In this document: piece by piece, positions 26,721-40,418 of the stretch | Position numbering within the stretch: position 1 is the first letter of the stretch | How the letters are laid out: each line of letters starts with the position of its first letter | Origin: Octopus vulgaris | Lineage: Eukaryota | Reading direction: 5' to 3' | Assembly (NCBI GenBank): GCA_951406725.2 | Contig: OX597828.1 | Span: 32,798,001 to 32,862,000 of the forward strand | Length of the DNA stretch: 64,000 nucleotides | The notes under the pieces: model-generated | What the model was told of the DNA's origin: nothing | The model's input: only the letters and a program-made list of their open reading frames with translations | Database searches by the model: none | Program-made: the position numbers and the translations under genes

Positions 26721-29700
26721 TCTATATGTCCTTGGGTCCAAGACAAAATTCGTGAAGACTGGTTTTCATATTAAATTTGCGAAGACAGTTTTTCACCTAA
26801 AATTGTTTTCACTGCAACAATTGTAGGTAGAGGAAAACTCATTTTCCTGAAATGCTTTGCTCGTAGAATCTTCATTGTATGTTTCAGGTAATAATTCAAC
26901 AAATGATAGATTTGTGTCGCATGACTAATACACTCTCAAAGGCTGCGCTGACTTGATGAAAAATATTGCAAATTAAGGAACAAATAGTTAACTATTTACG
27001 TTAAACCTTCCACCCGCCTCATGAGATTCATTTACTGCTGAGTTCAATTTATCATCGAAGGTGACACGTTAATTGCATGTAAATAGAACAGAACTGGAGA
27101 TGAGATGCTGTTTCATGACCTATCGCTCAATTAACCGACATACCAGTATCCCTATGTTGAGGCACGAATAATTCCAAAACGCGAAATTACAGAGAATATA
27201 AAGAGAATATGAATGTTGTACGACGCTATTTCAAAATTAGATTCTCCCCCGCACGAAATACAGCGAACGATGAATATATATACATTGATATTCGCTTTCG
27301 TGTGTGTATGATTGTGTAATGATATCTTTATACGGTTGCTGTTTACCTTTCTTCTGACTGTAAAGAATTCTAGTCCAGAACCAAAGAGATGTTAGTACGC
27401 TATTCTAATAACCAATATGTCTTAAAATAACTATTTCGAAAAGACGAAAATCTTGTAGACAAAAGTAACGGATTGACGGGAATCAATTTTTAGCCATTAT
27501 GCAAAGTTTGTAAACTAGAAACTTCTGTTTGAGTATTTGTACGTAAACGGTAAGTAGAAAACGCTGTTCAATTTTTGGAATTTCTATGCTTTCATGACTA
27601 TGATGGAAGATTTATGTATTCAGTATGTTATTTTATTCTTTCTAAACAATAATGATTGTCTCCCTTGTACTTTTCAATAGACTTGTTTCAGCTAAATTTA
27701 GAGATTTTCTATACTTTTCCAGTTGCGATGACATTTCATTTTTAGTTTCTTCCTCTTTTCTTTTCTTTTCTTTTCTTTTCTTTGCTGCTTCCATCGAAAC
27801 TATTTGCTACTTAAGAATACCGGAAAAAATATCGCTTATAAATATAGTTTATTTATTGCACAATGAATGATTCTGCACTTGGTAAGAAACTAAACAGTTT
27901 TTTTTTTTTGTAAAACTTAAGGATTGGTAGTATTGAAAAGTGAATCATGTTAATAAAACATTCTATTCTCACTTTCTATGTGAATATTTCTATATCCGTT
28001 TTTTTTTTTCAAATTGGAACTCCCATGTAATAACAGCACATATCACTATGAAACATACATGATAGTTCTGAGTTTGTATTTCCAATATAAGATAGATGGC
28101 ATTTACTAATATGTTATGTAATAATGCATGAAATGCTTATAATGTATTAAATACTCGTCGTAGTTTGCTTAAATCCCCGTATCAAGAGTGTCTATTTCAC
28201 GAATAAATTATATATTTTATTTCCTATTCCCGTCAGATTTTACGTGTCAAACTGTAAATTAGGAAAACAAACCAATTCTTTTCACTGATAAATAAGAGAT
28301 TTTCCCAAAATATAAAAGCATTAAGCAACCTACGTTACACAATACAATATCATTTTTACTTTGCGTTTATTTAAAACATCACTATATATATTTGCCTTAA
28401 TTTTCAGCTGCATTGCTCTCAAGTGTTTTTAAACATTTATATTAAAATATATAAAAGCTTTAAAAACTTTTTGTCTTTCAAATTAGATCTAGAATTGTAT
28501 TGTTTCTGTAGGGATTTTCTTCTTTTATAAACTTTCATTAAATGCTGGAACAGAAAAACATATTTGTGGTATACTGTATAGAAAACTATGAGTTGATATA
28601 AGCATCATCATTATTTGATTCCTGATCCTGGTGTTTTGACAATATATTTGGCTTTTTTTACCAAAAGCATTTCTTCGCTTTTTTTCCGTTCGTATGTCTT
28701 CAATATGGTTTCAGGAAACATATTAAATATCTGAAGATAAATGTTACGTTAAGCAGTAGATCTTGCAAATATAATGTAACCTTTAATGAAAATAAATGGT
28801 ATTTTTGATTGAGATCACATTGGTATTGTATTTATCAGCTTTCCATGATAATCAGAAAACAGAATCCAAATTATAAGCTATAGCCTACTTTCAGTAATAT
28901 ACGTAAATCATAATTATGTTTGCTTTTGGGGTTTTTTTTTTCTGATATTAAGAAGATATCGCTATTTATTACTCTTCTGACACTTTGCAATATTGTGCTT
29001 CAAATTCCTTACTTGATTTTGTGTATGCTGAATTTTTTCAGTCAATCTTCTCAAAAGAATTTCCTACAATCATCAGAAACTTCATAGGCTAATACAAATC
29101 TTAATAATGATTTCCAATCCAAGATAGCTTTATAACAAGTTGGAGAGTAATAATGTAGTATTCCAAAAGTAATTTCTAATAGATTCAAGAAGGAAAAACC
29201 AAGATATTTCATGTTTTGTTGCAGTATTTGTTCACGATATCCAAGGCGCTTCTAAATCGGTAGAGACATAACCGAAGGCTTTTTAACTGTTCCAAAGTTT
29301 ACATTATCCAATATGTTCTTCCTAAATTGGTATGTGTCATTCATGAAGATTTGGCTGATAAATTCAGGTATTAAAAATAGTTAAACTTATTTTGCTGTTG
29401 TTTATCCCGTTGCCATATCTGAGTATATAACTTCTGTGGATATAGTCAAAGGTATTCTAAATATATCACCTTCGTCTTTCTAGAAATACAGAGAGCTACT
29501 TTTTGAAGTGTGTCCTTTTCATAATAGAAAACTTATGAGATGACGTGGGTACGGCTTTTCGACTATTTCTGATAACATAATGTCTCTTTCAATGGCTCGT
29601 AAATACTTACATATTAGTGCCTAATATGTAGTACATTCAGAGGTAAAGCGTGAAGGATTCAGTTGAAGGTAACGGAAGATCGTATAGATAATCCCAGGAA

Positions 29701-30004
29701 AATTTGCAGTACAAGATAGACCAAACGTGAGAAGAGATAGTATTCAGAATCCAGTGTTCCTTTCTCCAAAGTCGCGTGACTCATGCTATCTTACGCAATA
29801 TATACATTTTTTTAAGTTAGTGGGGTTTGCACAAATACAATTCTGGTTCCAATCCCTTAGCGCAGCAACTGGATAAAATGTTGAACAAAATTAAACAATA
29901 TGTTGACAGGAAAAATTCATACATGCACATTTTCAGGAAATATGAATCTAAATATACATATATACATACGCACACGCACACACACACACAGATACAAGCA
30001 CACA

Positions 30005-30069
<65 letters not shown>

Positions 30070-30072
30070 TGA

Positions 30073-30120
<48 letters not shown>

Positions 30121-32113
30121 CATATACACTAAACATATAGTATATATATATATCTGGATGTGTGTGTGTGTGATGCGTTTACACTTATGTAAAAACCAAA
30201 GTCATATCAAATAGATAACTTTCAGAATGTCGGGACAGATCTTCGAAGCACTGGAGGCGATATGACTTAATAGTCATTGAAGTCATTGCCCCAGCCTGGC
30301 CGTGTCCTGTAGCTCAGACCAATAAATGAACAAACGAATACGTACTGGCATTTGCGAATGTATCGACAGTACATAGGAATCTAAATATTTTCTACCGCGA
30401 ATTGAAACTGCATTCTCCTGCTCGCTATCTTCCATTATCTATAGAACAAATCACATTTGAAAATTGCATTTAAGAAGATAAAGTTATATTTCTATTCTTG
30501 TGGAATGAGAAAAGAAAATCGACAAAGCGTGGTCAGATGCATCCACGAATGATTTTGGAATCGTATTTGTAATCCTTTCAGTTCACTTACGTGGATAATA
30601 ACCTCAAAATAAGCCAGAGAAGTCGTCCAAATTTATATCCATCTTTAACCTGTATCTGAAGCCCTTTGCTTATACGAGAAATCAATTACTAGAAACGCAG
30701 CATCTAATTTGAACGCATCTTTAATATTACGTATTTACTTAGAAACATAGGTGTATATACATGTACGCATACATACATTTACACACCTACCTCGATAAAT
30801 ATACACATAAGTTTATACATACGCAGAAAGGAAAGAGGAAGATGACGACTTATTGTGACTGATGCGGGAGAAACATTTCAATGCCTTTGTTTTTCTCATT
30901 ATGAGGAGGTAAAAGGAAAGCAAAATCACGAAGCTAGTAAGAGGCATTCATTAAGGAAATCTTCCGGAATTTGAGCACTCACAGATGATTGTTTCGAAAG
31001 GCCGCCCCATGATTGATATCTAACTTAGATACAATAATCTTACATCAATTTATAAAACCATAAATATATATTCTCAAACCAACCGTATAGCGAGATATTC
31101 CGAGAAGCCCTAAATGCAATTCGTAACCATGAATAAATTGTTCATTTTCAACGAAATTTGCTGCACTGTCAAGATATAATTATCTCGCTATTACTTGCAA
31201 TGGAAATGATTTATGTTGCCCTCTTAGTATTCTTCCCAAACAAATACAAGATCATTCTTAACACCTGTTCTTTAATGAATGCACACCGTTAAAGATATAC
31301 GCATGCCGTTCTATAATCAAATGCGGAAAAATATGATGATTGTTTTGTGGTTAGAATATAGTTGATGTAGATTAAAGAAAGAAGTGCTACCATTAGTTCG
31401 TTTTAAAATCCTTTTCGATTCCCTTCCAAAGCAATTCCATTTCAATGTCGTTACGAATACCTGTATGACAAGAAATATTGCAGTCGCCAAAGATTCCACA
31501 GATTCTTAATTATATAATGATTCTGTATTAAATTATGAATCCTGGAAATAATAGGCCTAGAAGTATTAAGCATTAGAATATGTGTATTACTCTAAATCGC
31601 CCAATGTCACGCACTGGGCAAGACGAATGCCGCTGTAGTTATTATAAATCAAGTTATAATCAAGATCGAATTTGTCAGTTCCATTTTTATTAGTCAATAA
31701 TCTCTGAATGTTAAGATACGGAAAATGGCATAATGGGATACTGATGCCATTCCTAGAAGCTGTCACACCGGATGTACAGGGAATTTCCTTAAAGTTACGA
31801 GTAAAACTGTTGCGTAATCCATACTCTATTGAAGCTTGTTGAAAGATCGATATTCATTTTAAGGCAGCTATCGACACACTGATGTCATAACGTTATTCCA
31901 TATTCAAAATTTGCGATGTTTATGATATTACAGTATTGTTGTTGATGATACCTCGATAATAAGAACGGCAGCATCGATGACGACAATGACGTTACAAGTA
32001 GTGTTAATGGAGGCTACATGTTGCTGGTATCGTTATCATGAGGCCACCCGGTGATGCTTTGACCATAAGGCTGAGTAAATGATGGTGATTAAGATTATGG
32101 TGACCACCACTGT

Positions 32114-32131
32114 GACGACGACGACGACGGC

Positions 32132-32192
<61 letters not shown>

Positions 32193-32225
32193 ATGATAAT
32201 GAGGATGATGATGATCTTGATGATG
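32114..32225. repeat. (ACG)n/(ATG)n trinucleotide tract
   Basis: Direct reading. Confidence 0.9.
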
Positions 32226-33597
32226 GAGAGGTTAACTGATATGACGAAAAACCCTCGGGAAGGAAATCTAGTTAGAGTTCATCATAATGATTACGGCTGA
32301 TGTATGGATGTAAATTTAATGAGAACGCAAAATGATGGTAGTAATGTTTGGATAACGCTAATGACATACTCGTTAATGGTAATAACATTATCCTTGATTT
32401 TGATCATATCATCACTGGATCTCTAAATTTGTTTGACATTAATAACACCTGCCATTGTTCAGAGTGTATAGCAAATTTAAGAGCCCAAATGAAGAAATAT
32501 TAGTGATCATGCTGAAGGTTAAATTTGAAAAGAAAAACGCTGTTTCCTATATTACGGGCACAATGAAGTAAAAAGGCATTGGCAAGCGAGAAAACGAAAG
32601 TTATCATCCACTTCTGATAGGTTTTGGTAAAACATATGTATATGCAAGTTGTGTGGGTGCTTCCACAACAGATTAAGGCCGGCCAAATAACTGAATCCAG
32701 CTCGATAAGCCAATCTGAATACCAATCAGACTTACAGTAAGAGAGTTACCCTTCAAGGGAAGTCAAAATTAAATTTCTACCATATTCATTAAAACTTCAA
32801 CTTTCTAAACTATAATGTCTATATTAAAGTAGCTAAGGCGTTCCTTAATCGGTAAATACTTTTGTTCCGTACACAAAGTATTTTCATCATAATTGATATA
32901 TGAGCGTGGACTAAGCCTTACTGTCGAGACATAATTTTTGTACCTTTTTGCACCCGGAGTGTTATTGATAAGTATTGATAATATCTAGTTGTAACAAGAA
33001 ACAAAATATTATCGTATGCTATATATGTATGTTCTGGTTGAGATCCTATGACGTGAGGAAAAGCAAGCTTTAGCGTTCCATTCATTAGGAATATAGTCTA
33101 AGAGGTCATAGAGTTCCCGATACGGACACCGCAACTTTCATGATCGCTGCTTCTTATTTTGCCATTTTTCACAATATAATATATTTCTTTCTTTGTAAAA
33201 GTAACCTCAGATATAAAGAAGTGGAGGGCCGCTTCTGGAATGAATTGAATCAGTAAAATTCTATGGGTCGAACAAAGATGTAAATATTTGTTTTAGCATT
33301 AGTTAGGTTAAAGCAGAAGAAAATAAACGCAGCAAATTACTCATTCATTGGCAATGGGCACTTTTCAGTGTATTAGGGAATCGGAACCAGTCTGAAAACT
33401 GGTAGTAATTTGAACAATCCTTGATGACAGGTATCTTAAACCTGCACGGCTGGAAAATTACCGTATTTCCCTTGGGGATTGGTTTATTTATTATGATACA
33501 TGGAACAAATGCCGTCCTTCGGAATTTTTTCCTCAAAAGTTGAAACTGAGATTTGAATACTCAGTTTAAGCTATTGTAAATGACGGGCGAAATTTCA

Positions 33598-33942
33598 CAT
33601 CGTTATCGTTGTCGTTTAACTTTTGTCTTCCATACCAGCATGGGTTGAACGGTTTGGCTGAGGATTGGCGAGCCAGAAGGCTGCACCAGGCTCCAATCTG
33701 ATTTGGCAAAGTTTTTACACCTGAATGCCCTTCCTAACGCCGACCACTCCGAGATTATAGTGGGTGCTTTTACGTACCACCGACACGAGGGCCAATCAGG
33801 TGGTACTGGCAAACGACCACGCTCGAATGGTGCTTTTTAAGTGCCACCTTCACATGAACCAATCGAGTGCACTGGCAACGTCCACGCTCGAATGTTGTTT
33901 TTCATGTGCTACCGGTACAGGTAAAGCGACGCTGGCAACGAT
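33598..33942 (-). mobile_element. SINE 3' part with RTE-like domain/tail and ~55-60-bp internal repeats
   Basis: Minus strand GGTCGGCGTTAGGAAGGGCATTC..., tail GCTGGTATGGAAGACAAAAGTTAAACGACAACGAT; three diverged units ending CTGGCAACG at ~33765-33940. Confidence 0.65.
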
Positions 33943-34253
33943 AAGTAAAGCATCGCTGAAAATAAAATACCTGCACGCTTTTACCTTAGAAGGAAATAAT
34001 ATTATTCAACAGTTTTCTTTCGCGTATTTTTCAGGCACCAAAGGAAACTATGTTTTAAAATTTTTTTACATTCTTCTAACAGTTTCACGCATTTGGCATA
34101 CATTAAGTGAAAACGTGGCGGTGAACATATTAATGGCTTGTTAATGCTAATTAATATCTCTGGAAATTTATTCTTTGAAGCGTAGCTTAAATATAAAGTT
34201 TGTTTTAATAGCAAAGTTTAAATGGGATTAACATTGAGGTCTGTAATTTCAGA

Positions 34254-35261
34254 AACATCGTAATAATTACTGGTGATGATATCCAATAAGAACACTACAG
34301 ATAATGTAAATAGGATATGTGTTCATCTGTGTTTGTGTGTAGTGTATGTGAAGAGAGAAAGGAAATCAGTAAATAGTTTTACACGTAGATATATTACAAC
34401 ATCGTAATAATTACTGGTGATGATATCCAATAAGAACACTACAAATAATGTAAATAGGATATGTGTTCATCTGTGTTTGTGTGTAGTGTATGTGAAGAGA
34501 GAAAGGAAATCAGTAAATAGTTTTACACGTAGATATATTACAACATCGTAATAATTACTGGTGATGATATCCAATAAGAACACTACAGATAATGTAAATA
34601 GGATATGTGTTCATCTGTGTTTGTGTGTAGTGTATGTGAAGAGAGAAAGGAAATCAGTAAATAGTTTTACACGTAGATATATTACAACATCGTAATAATT
34701 ACTGGTGATGATATCCAATAAGAACACTACAGATAATGTAAATAGGATATGTGTTCATCTGTGTTTGTGTGTAGTGTATGTGAAGAGAGAAAGGAAATCA
34801 GTAAATAGTTTTACACGTAGATATATTACAACATCGTAATAATTACTGGTGATGATATCCAATAAGAACACTACAGATAATGTAAATAGGATATGTGTTC
34901 ATCTGTGTGTATGTGTAGTGTATGTGAAGAGAGAAAGGAAATCAGTAAATAGTTTTACACGTAGATATATTACAACATCGTAATAATTACTGGTGATGAT
35001 ATCCAATAAGAACACTACAGATAATGTAAATAGGATATGTGTTCATCTGTGTGTATGTGTAGTGTATGTGAAGAGAGAAAGGAAATCAGTAAATAGTTTT
35101 ACACGTAGATATATTACAACATCGTAATAATTACTGGTGATGATATCCAATAAGAACACTACAGATAATGTAAATAGGATATGTGTTCATCTGTGTTTGT
35201 GTGTAGTGTATGTGAAGAGAGAAAGGAAATCAGTAAATAGTTTTACACGTAGATATATTAC
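34254..35261. repeat. Tandem array of 7 x 144 bp
   Basis: Units start at 34254, 34398, 34542, 34686, 34830, 34974 and 35118; nearly identical. Confidence 0.97.
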
Positions 35262-35813
35262 AATATATTTCATCTTTAGTACTGAATTTCTATAAATAAA
35301 GCAAGGCTAATTCGAGTGGCCATCAAAAATGTATAATGAAAAACGATTATCATACGGGTGTGACCATCATTTCGTTTGTTCTAGATATTAACAACGAATT
35401 TCCATAGTAACCAGCGTGAAAGACTCATTATACAATAGTGAAATATTTTTCAGTAATTATTTTGAACTTTAACCTATAATCTCCACCTCAGACCATCCCA
35501 GTTCTTTTAAAGAGAAAAGTTCGTGAAGTAGGTTTTTTTTTTTTTTTTCATTAACGTACGTTTCATTTGTATTTGCTTAATAATGATTTCAGCATCGTCA
35601 TCAACGCTGTTCTGAAATATACATGTGTGTGCATAATCACGCAGAGAAGAAGGGAGACAATCAACGGCAACATATAAATATATATGTACATGTTCGTGCG
35701 TTAGTGTGTGAGTGAGTGAGAGAGAGAAAGAGAGAGAGGGAGAGTAATACTCACAGGTATACAGTAATCGATCAATTGATGATCTTCAGATTTCGAGCTG
35801 AAACAACACACAC

Positions 35814-35853
<40 letters not shown>

Positions 35854-36020
35854 ATGTGTGTGTGTGTATATACACGCAATACATACATACACAAAAAGAT
35901 ACATATACATACATACATACATACATACATACTTATATACATACATGCATACACACGTACAGGCATACATATACATATGATTGCATGTATATACATATAT
36001 ACGCATGTATATATATATAT

Positions 36021-36057
<37 letters not shown>

Positions 36058-36189
36058 CGTGTGTGTTTATGGATGTATATATATATATATATATATATAC
36101 GTGTGTGTGTGTGTGTGTATGCATGCATATATTGGGTTGTCACGGGGAGCTGCGTGTATGCAATATATCAATAACATGAACATAAGTGA

Positions 36190-36990
36190 AGTCCAAAAGG
36201 TCTCAGCTGTTGGTTACATAGAGTACAAGAAACCATACGATAACACTAAGCCGTCCGTTTTTACCGTGTGTGAGAACAGCTGGAGTTAATTAGAAAATGA
36301 GATGAATAACTGGGTCTTTTTTCTTTAGTACAAACGAAACGCGAAAGATAATCCTTAGGAAGTAAACAAATGCAAAGAGAGAATCCTTAGAAATACTCCC
36401 TCTGTCTACTACTTTCTCCAGAAGCGTCTATTTTCTATTTTACAAACAGACTGAGAAAATATTTAACTGTTTATGTTCTTATTAAATCTAGGATTTAAAT
36501 AATACATCTTCTATATATGGATTACTATAAACTGTACATCAATGAAGAAGTGCTGGATTCGCTTGTCCTAATATCAAAATTGTTTAGCAACATTATTGCT
36601 ATACGGTTTGGGGTGAATAAGTATGAACTATTAATTATGAAGAGAGGTCAAATGTTTAATGTGAGAAATGGCAAAATAAGAAGCAGAGGTCGTGAAAGTT
36701 ACTATTAGATCACACAGAGATGATGAAGGATGCAAGAATCTAGCAGTGTTGAAGGATGTTAAGGCAAAGGAAAGAAAATGAGAAAGCATCCGCAGAGTGG
36801 AAGAGAAATATACTAAGGTCATCAAGACCATCAGTACGTAAGCTATGCCAGTGTTGAGCGATTTTACTCCATTTCTAAATCGACAAACTTGGTGCTACAG
36901 GAATTGGATAAAAGAACTAGGAATCTGCTGACAACGCATAACACACACGAGACTAAACCTAATGTAGACAGGCGCTATGCATAAAATGTC
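36190..36990 (+). pseudogene. Degenerate R4-clade reverse transcriptase
   Basis: AVGYIEYKKPYDN (cf. WIDYKKAYDS), HLLYMDYYKLY..LDSLV..FS..I.IRFGVNK..LIMKRG (cf. HLLYMDDLKLY), LQELDKRTRNLLTTHNTH..KPNVDR. Confidence 0.85.
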
Positions 36991-37870
36991 AAAGTGATCA
37001 TCGCTATTGTGGATATAGAAATTCAGAAATTCAGTTTTACGTAACGAATATTGAAGGACGTGTAGGCTAAATTTGGCAGTTTGCATGAAAAGGAAAGAAA
37101 ACACAATATTATAATAAAATAAGAGGTTTTTTTTTAATTTTAAAATAAGATTACGACAGGTAGATAAAGGTGTACACAAAGTAGCCGCCCTCCTTTGATT
37201 ACCACTTGAAGAAAGTACCGGAAGGTGGCACATGCGTTCCTCACTGTGAGTCTGAGATTTTTTAACATCACGTTCATTTTGGCAAACTACTCGGCCTTGG
37301 GTTAAAAAGTAGCGCAGTTGATATCTTTTCCATAGTAATCCATGGAATTATTATCGAGGGAATTAGAAGGCCAGAAATTTTGGCTGGTGACGTCATAGAA
37401 TTATTCCGACAGCAACTTCCGGATATATGGCTGTGAGTCAAATCCTGCTGACCTTCAAATGGCCTTCTCGCATCAACTCTTTCTAGCTAGGGATGGAATA
37501 CAGTCTCAAATCTGAATTAAGCCTAAGACCCTGTTCAAAGATGTTTGGATGAACACTGGCCTGCGAACTAAGTCAGAACGCCTGCGATATCACTTCCCGC
37601 TGATCACGGTTCTGTACTCTCTGTTGCAGCCGTCCATTTGTCAAAACTTTTCTTTCAATTACAACTTAAGTCTCTGTGCTTTCCAACACTGCTGACTATT
37701 CACCAATACATCAAACAGTAACTGCCATTTACAGTGAAAGAGAAAATAAGAATTGGACTTTAGCCGTAGAAATGAACAGCAAGAGTAACAGCGGTAAGGG
37801 TAGAGCCCAGAATAATGATAACAGTCACATCAGAGGCAGAAACCACCTCTAACACAACTACAGCAATAGT

Positions 37871-37988
37871 TGTTGTTTGTTTGTTAGTTTGTTTGTTCCT
37901 TCTCGAGCCATCCTTGGCTCATAGGGCCGGTTTCCCGGTTTCCTTGGCGCATAGGTTTCCCACCTGGACGGGACGCCGGTCCGTCGCA
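37871..37988 (-). mobile_element. 5'-truncated SINE tail T4 with 11-bp TSD
   Basis: Reverse complement of 52423-52522; ACAGCAATAGT at 37860-37870 and 37989-37999. Confidence 0.85.
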
Positions 37989-39135
37989 ACAGCAATAGTG
38001 GCAGCAACCATAATAACAACGGTAATGTGAGCAGCAAACCTGAAGCCTAATATAATGTGGAGGATAGTAGCAGAAACTCCACTGTCGCTGATAATAAAGT
38101 TACCAAGAGAGCAGAATCTGTTACCAACGACTTATCATTTAACAGTATTTTCGCAAAGTATAATAGTAGCAATGTAGTACTGACAATATACCAGCAAAAA
38201 TAAGTACAGCAGTAACAACAAAAACAAGCAGTAACAGCAATAGTAGAAGTGACACGGTAAAAAACTCACAGGTCGTTGAATAAAACAAATAACAGAAGGT
38301 TCTCTGCTCAAATGAGTAGAAATACTCTTTCGAAATTTAATCTTATGTTTCTGTATTCTATCTTACTGGCTGATGTCTTGCAGATATGTAATTTTTTACA
38401 CTCTCAGAACAAATCCTCCCTTGAGCAAATAGGAATTGTATGTTAGCACTTCAGATTGCTTGTGCTTGCTTTTCAAGTTTACAGCCTTCACACACATTCA
38501 TGTATTTCTTCCAGAAAATTATATTTAAAAAATATATGAGTCTGTGACGAGATCTGCCCAACCACATACATACGCGTGAAATCAAAAGCAAGTAGTTCAT
38601 TTGTTTGAACAATTGAACTTCCTGTCGAAAACGCTGCGTCACCACAAACACAGAAACACCCACTCGTACGAGCATGCGCACAAATATATGGGAAATGGAG
38701 ATGATAGATAGATAGATAAATAGATAGATATATAGATCGGTAGGTAGGTAGGTAGGTAGGAGCGTACGTACGTAGATAGATACATAGATAGATATGCAGA
38801 TAGATAGATACATACATACATAGATAGACAGAAAGATATTTTTTCTCTCATCTTGCATTACCTGAAGTTTCCGTGTGTCTCACTCTCTAGCGTTTAGTTG
38901 TTAATAATTCTATTATTTTATTATATTTTATTATGTTTATTTATGACATTTACATTTTCTTCAGCAGTTTTACTAAAGATATTAGAAAAAAAATCGTTGT
39001 AATCAGTCAATAGTCTATTGTGTCCCAACCCATTTGAATTACTTATTTATATACAATTTTTTCCTTCTCACTTTAGTTTTCAGTTCAATGCTCTGTATAA
39101 CTCATTGTGTAATTTGGAACAATGCACTATATGCG

Positions 39136-39357
<222 letters not shown>

Positions 39358-40019
39358 GCATTCACTGATATTTATCTCTTTGCAAATTATATTGATATTA
39401 GATTACTTTTTTTTTTAACTTGAGATTCTATTGTTTGGGTGAATATTTTTTCTTCACTAATATCCCTCATCTGTTTGTTTGTCTGTCAAACCCTGTCTTT
39501 TTTATTCGTTCTTTTCTTCTCACCTTTTGTATTGTAACTGTCATTTATTAATTATATCTCATCTCAAAGAAAAAAAAAGATTAAATTAACTATTTACATT
39601 CTTATTTGATTTCTTTCGAAATATTAGTTGCTTGCCAAATATTGACTTTTTTTATCTAGACGCATAAATACGATAGGGTGTAAAACTTCACTCAAAATAT
39701 GTTGTTTCGTATGCTTCCAACAGCACTACATTGTACATTACTATACCATTTAATTTACAGTTTAAAATTTATGCGAATTTCTACCGTTTATATATGTAGA
39801 GAACTGCGATTTGCTTTGTGTTTTCATGATAGCCTGCCCCCAAATTGCCAATATTTTTCTTTCCGTCACTTTCTGCTTCATGGCAAGAATATAGCCGTTT
39901 GATTTGTCATCCTTCTTGTGTCTAAAATCTCCGTGATTATTCTTCACTTTTTTATGCACCCTAACTACTACATTCGGATGTCGGACACCCGGCATATATT
40001 GTTAATATGAGTTCCTTTA

Positions 40020-40418
40020 AGGCGGCGAGCTGGCAGAAACGTTAGCACGCCGGGCGAAAGGCGTAGCCGTATTTCGTCTGCCGTTACGTTCTGAGTTCAA
40101 ATTCCGCCGAGGTAGACTTTGCCTTTCATCCTTTCGGAATCGATAACGTAAGTGCCAGTTACGCACTGGAGTCGATGTAATCGACTTAATCCCTTCGTCT
40201 GTCTTTGTTTGTCCTCTCTGTGTTTAGCCCCTTGTAGGTAGTAACGAAATAGGTATTTCGTCTGTCGTTACGTTCTGAATTCAAAATTCGCCGAGGTCGA
40301 CTTTGTCTTTCATTCTTTCGTGGTCGGTAAATTAAGTGCCAGTTATGTACTGAGGTCGATCTAGTCGACTGTACTCTCACCCAAAATTTGGGGCCTTGTG
40401 CCTTGAATAGAAAAGGAA
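40020..40418 (+). mobile_element. Nin-like tRNA SINE, two internal units
   Basis: GGCGGCGAGCTGGCAGAAACGTTAGCACGCCGGGC head; B box + Nin-like module twice; tail GGCCTTGTGCCT..TAGAAA. Confidence 0.9.

Noticed and set aside
30591-30649. Minus-strand 59-nt micro-exon with GTAAGT donor
   Set aside because: Poor polypyrimidine tract, unrecognised peptide, no partner exons.
34254-35261. CRISPR array or C/D snoRNA cluster interpretation (GTGATGA in each unit)
   Set aside because: No unique spacers, eukaryotic context, and no CTGA D box in the unit; it is a plain tandem repeat.
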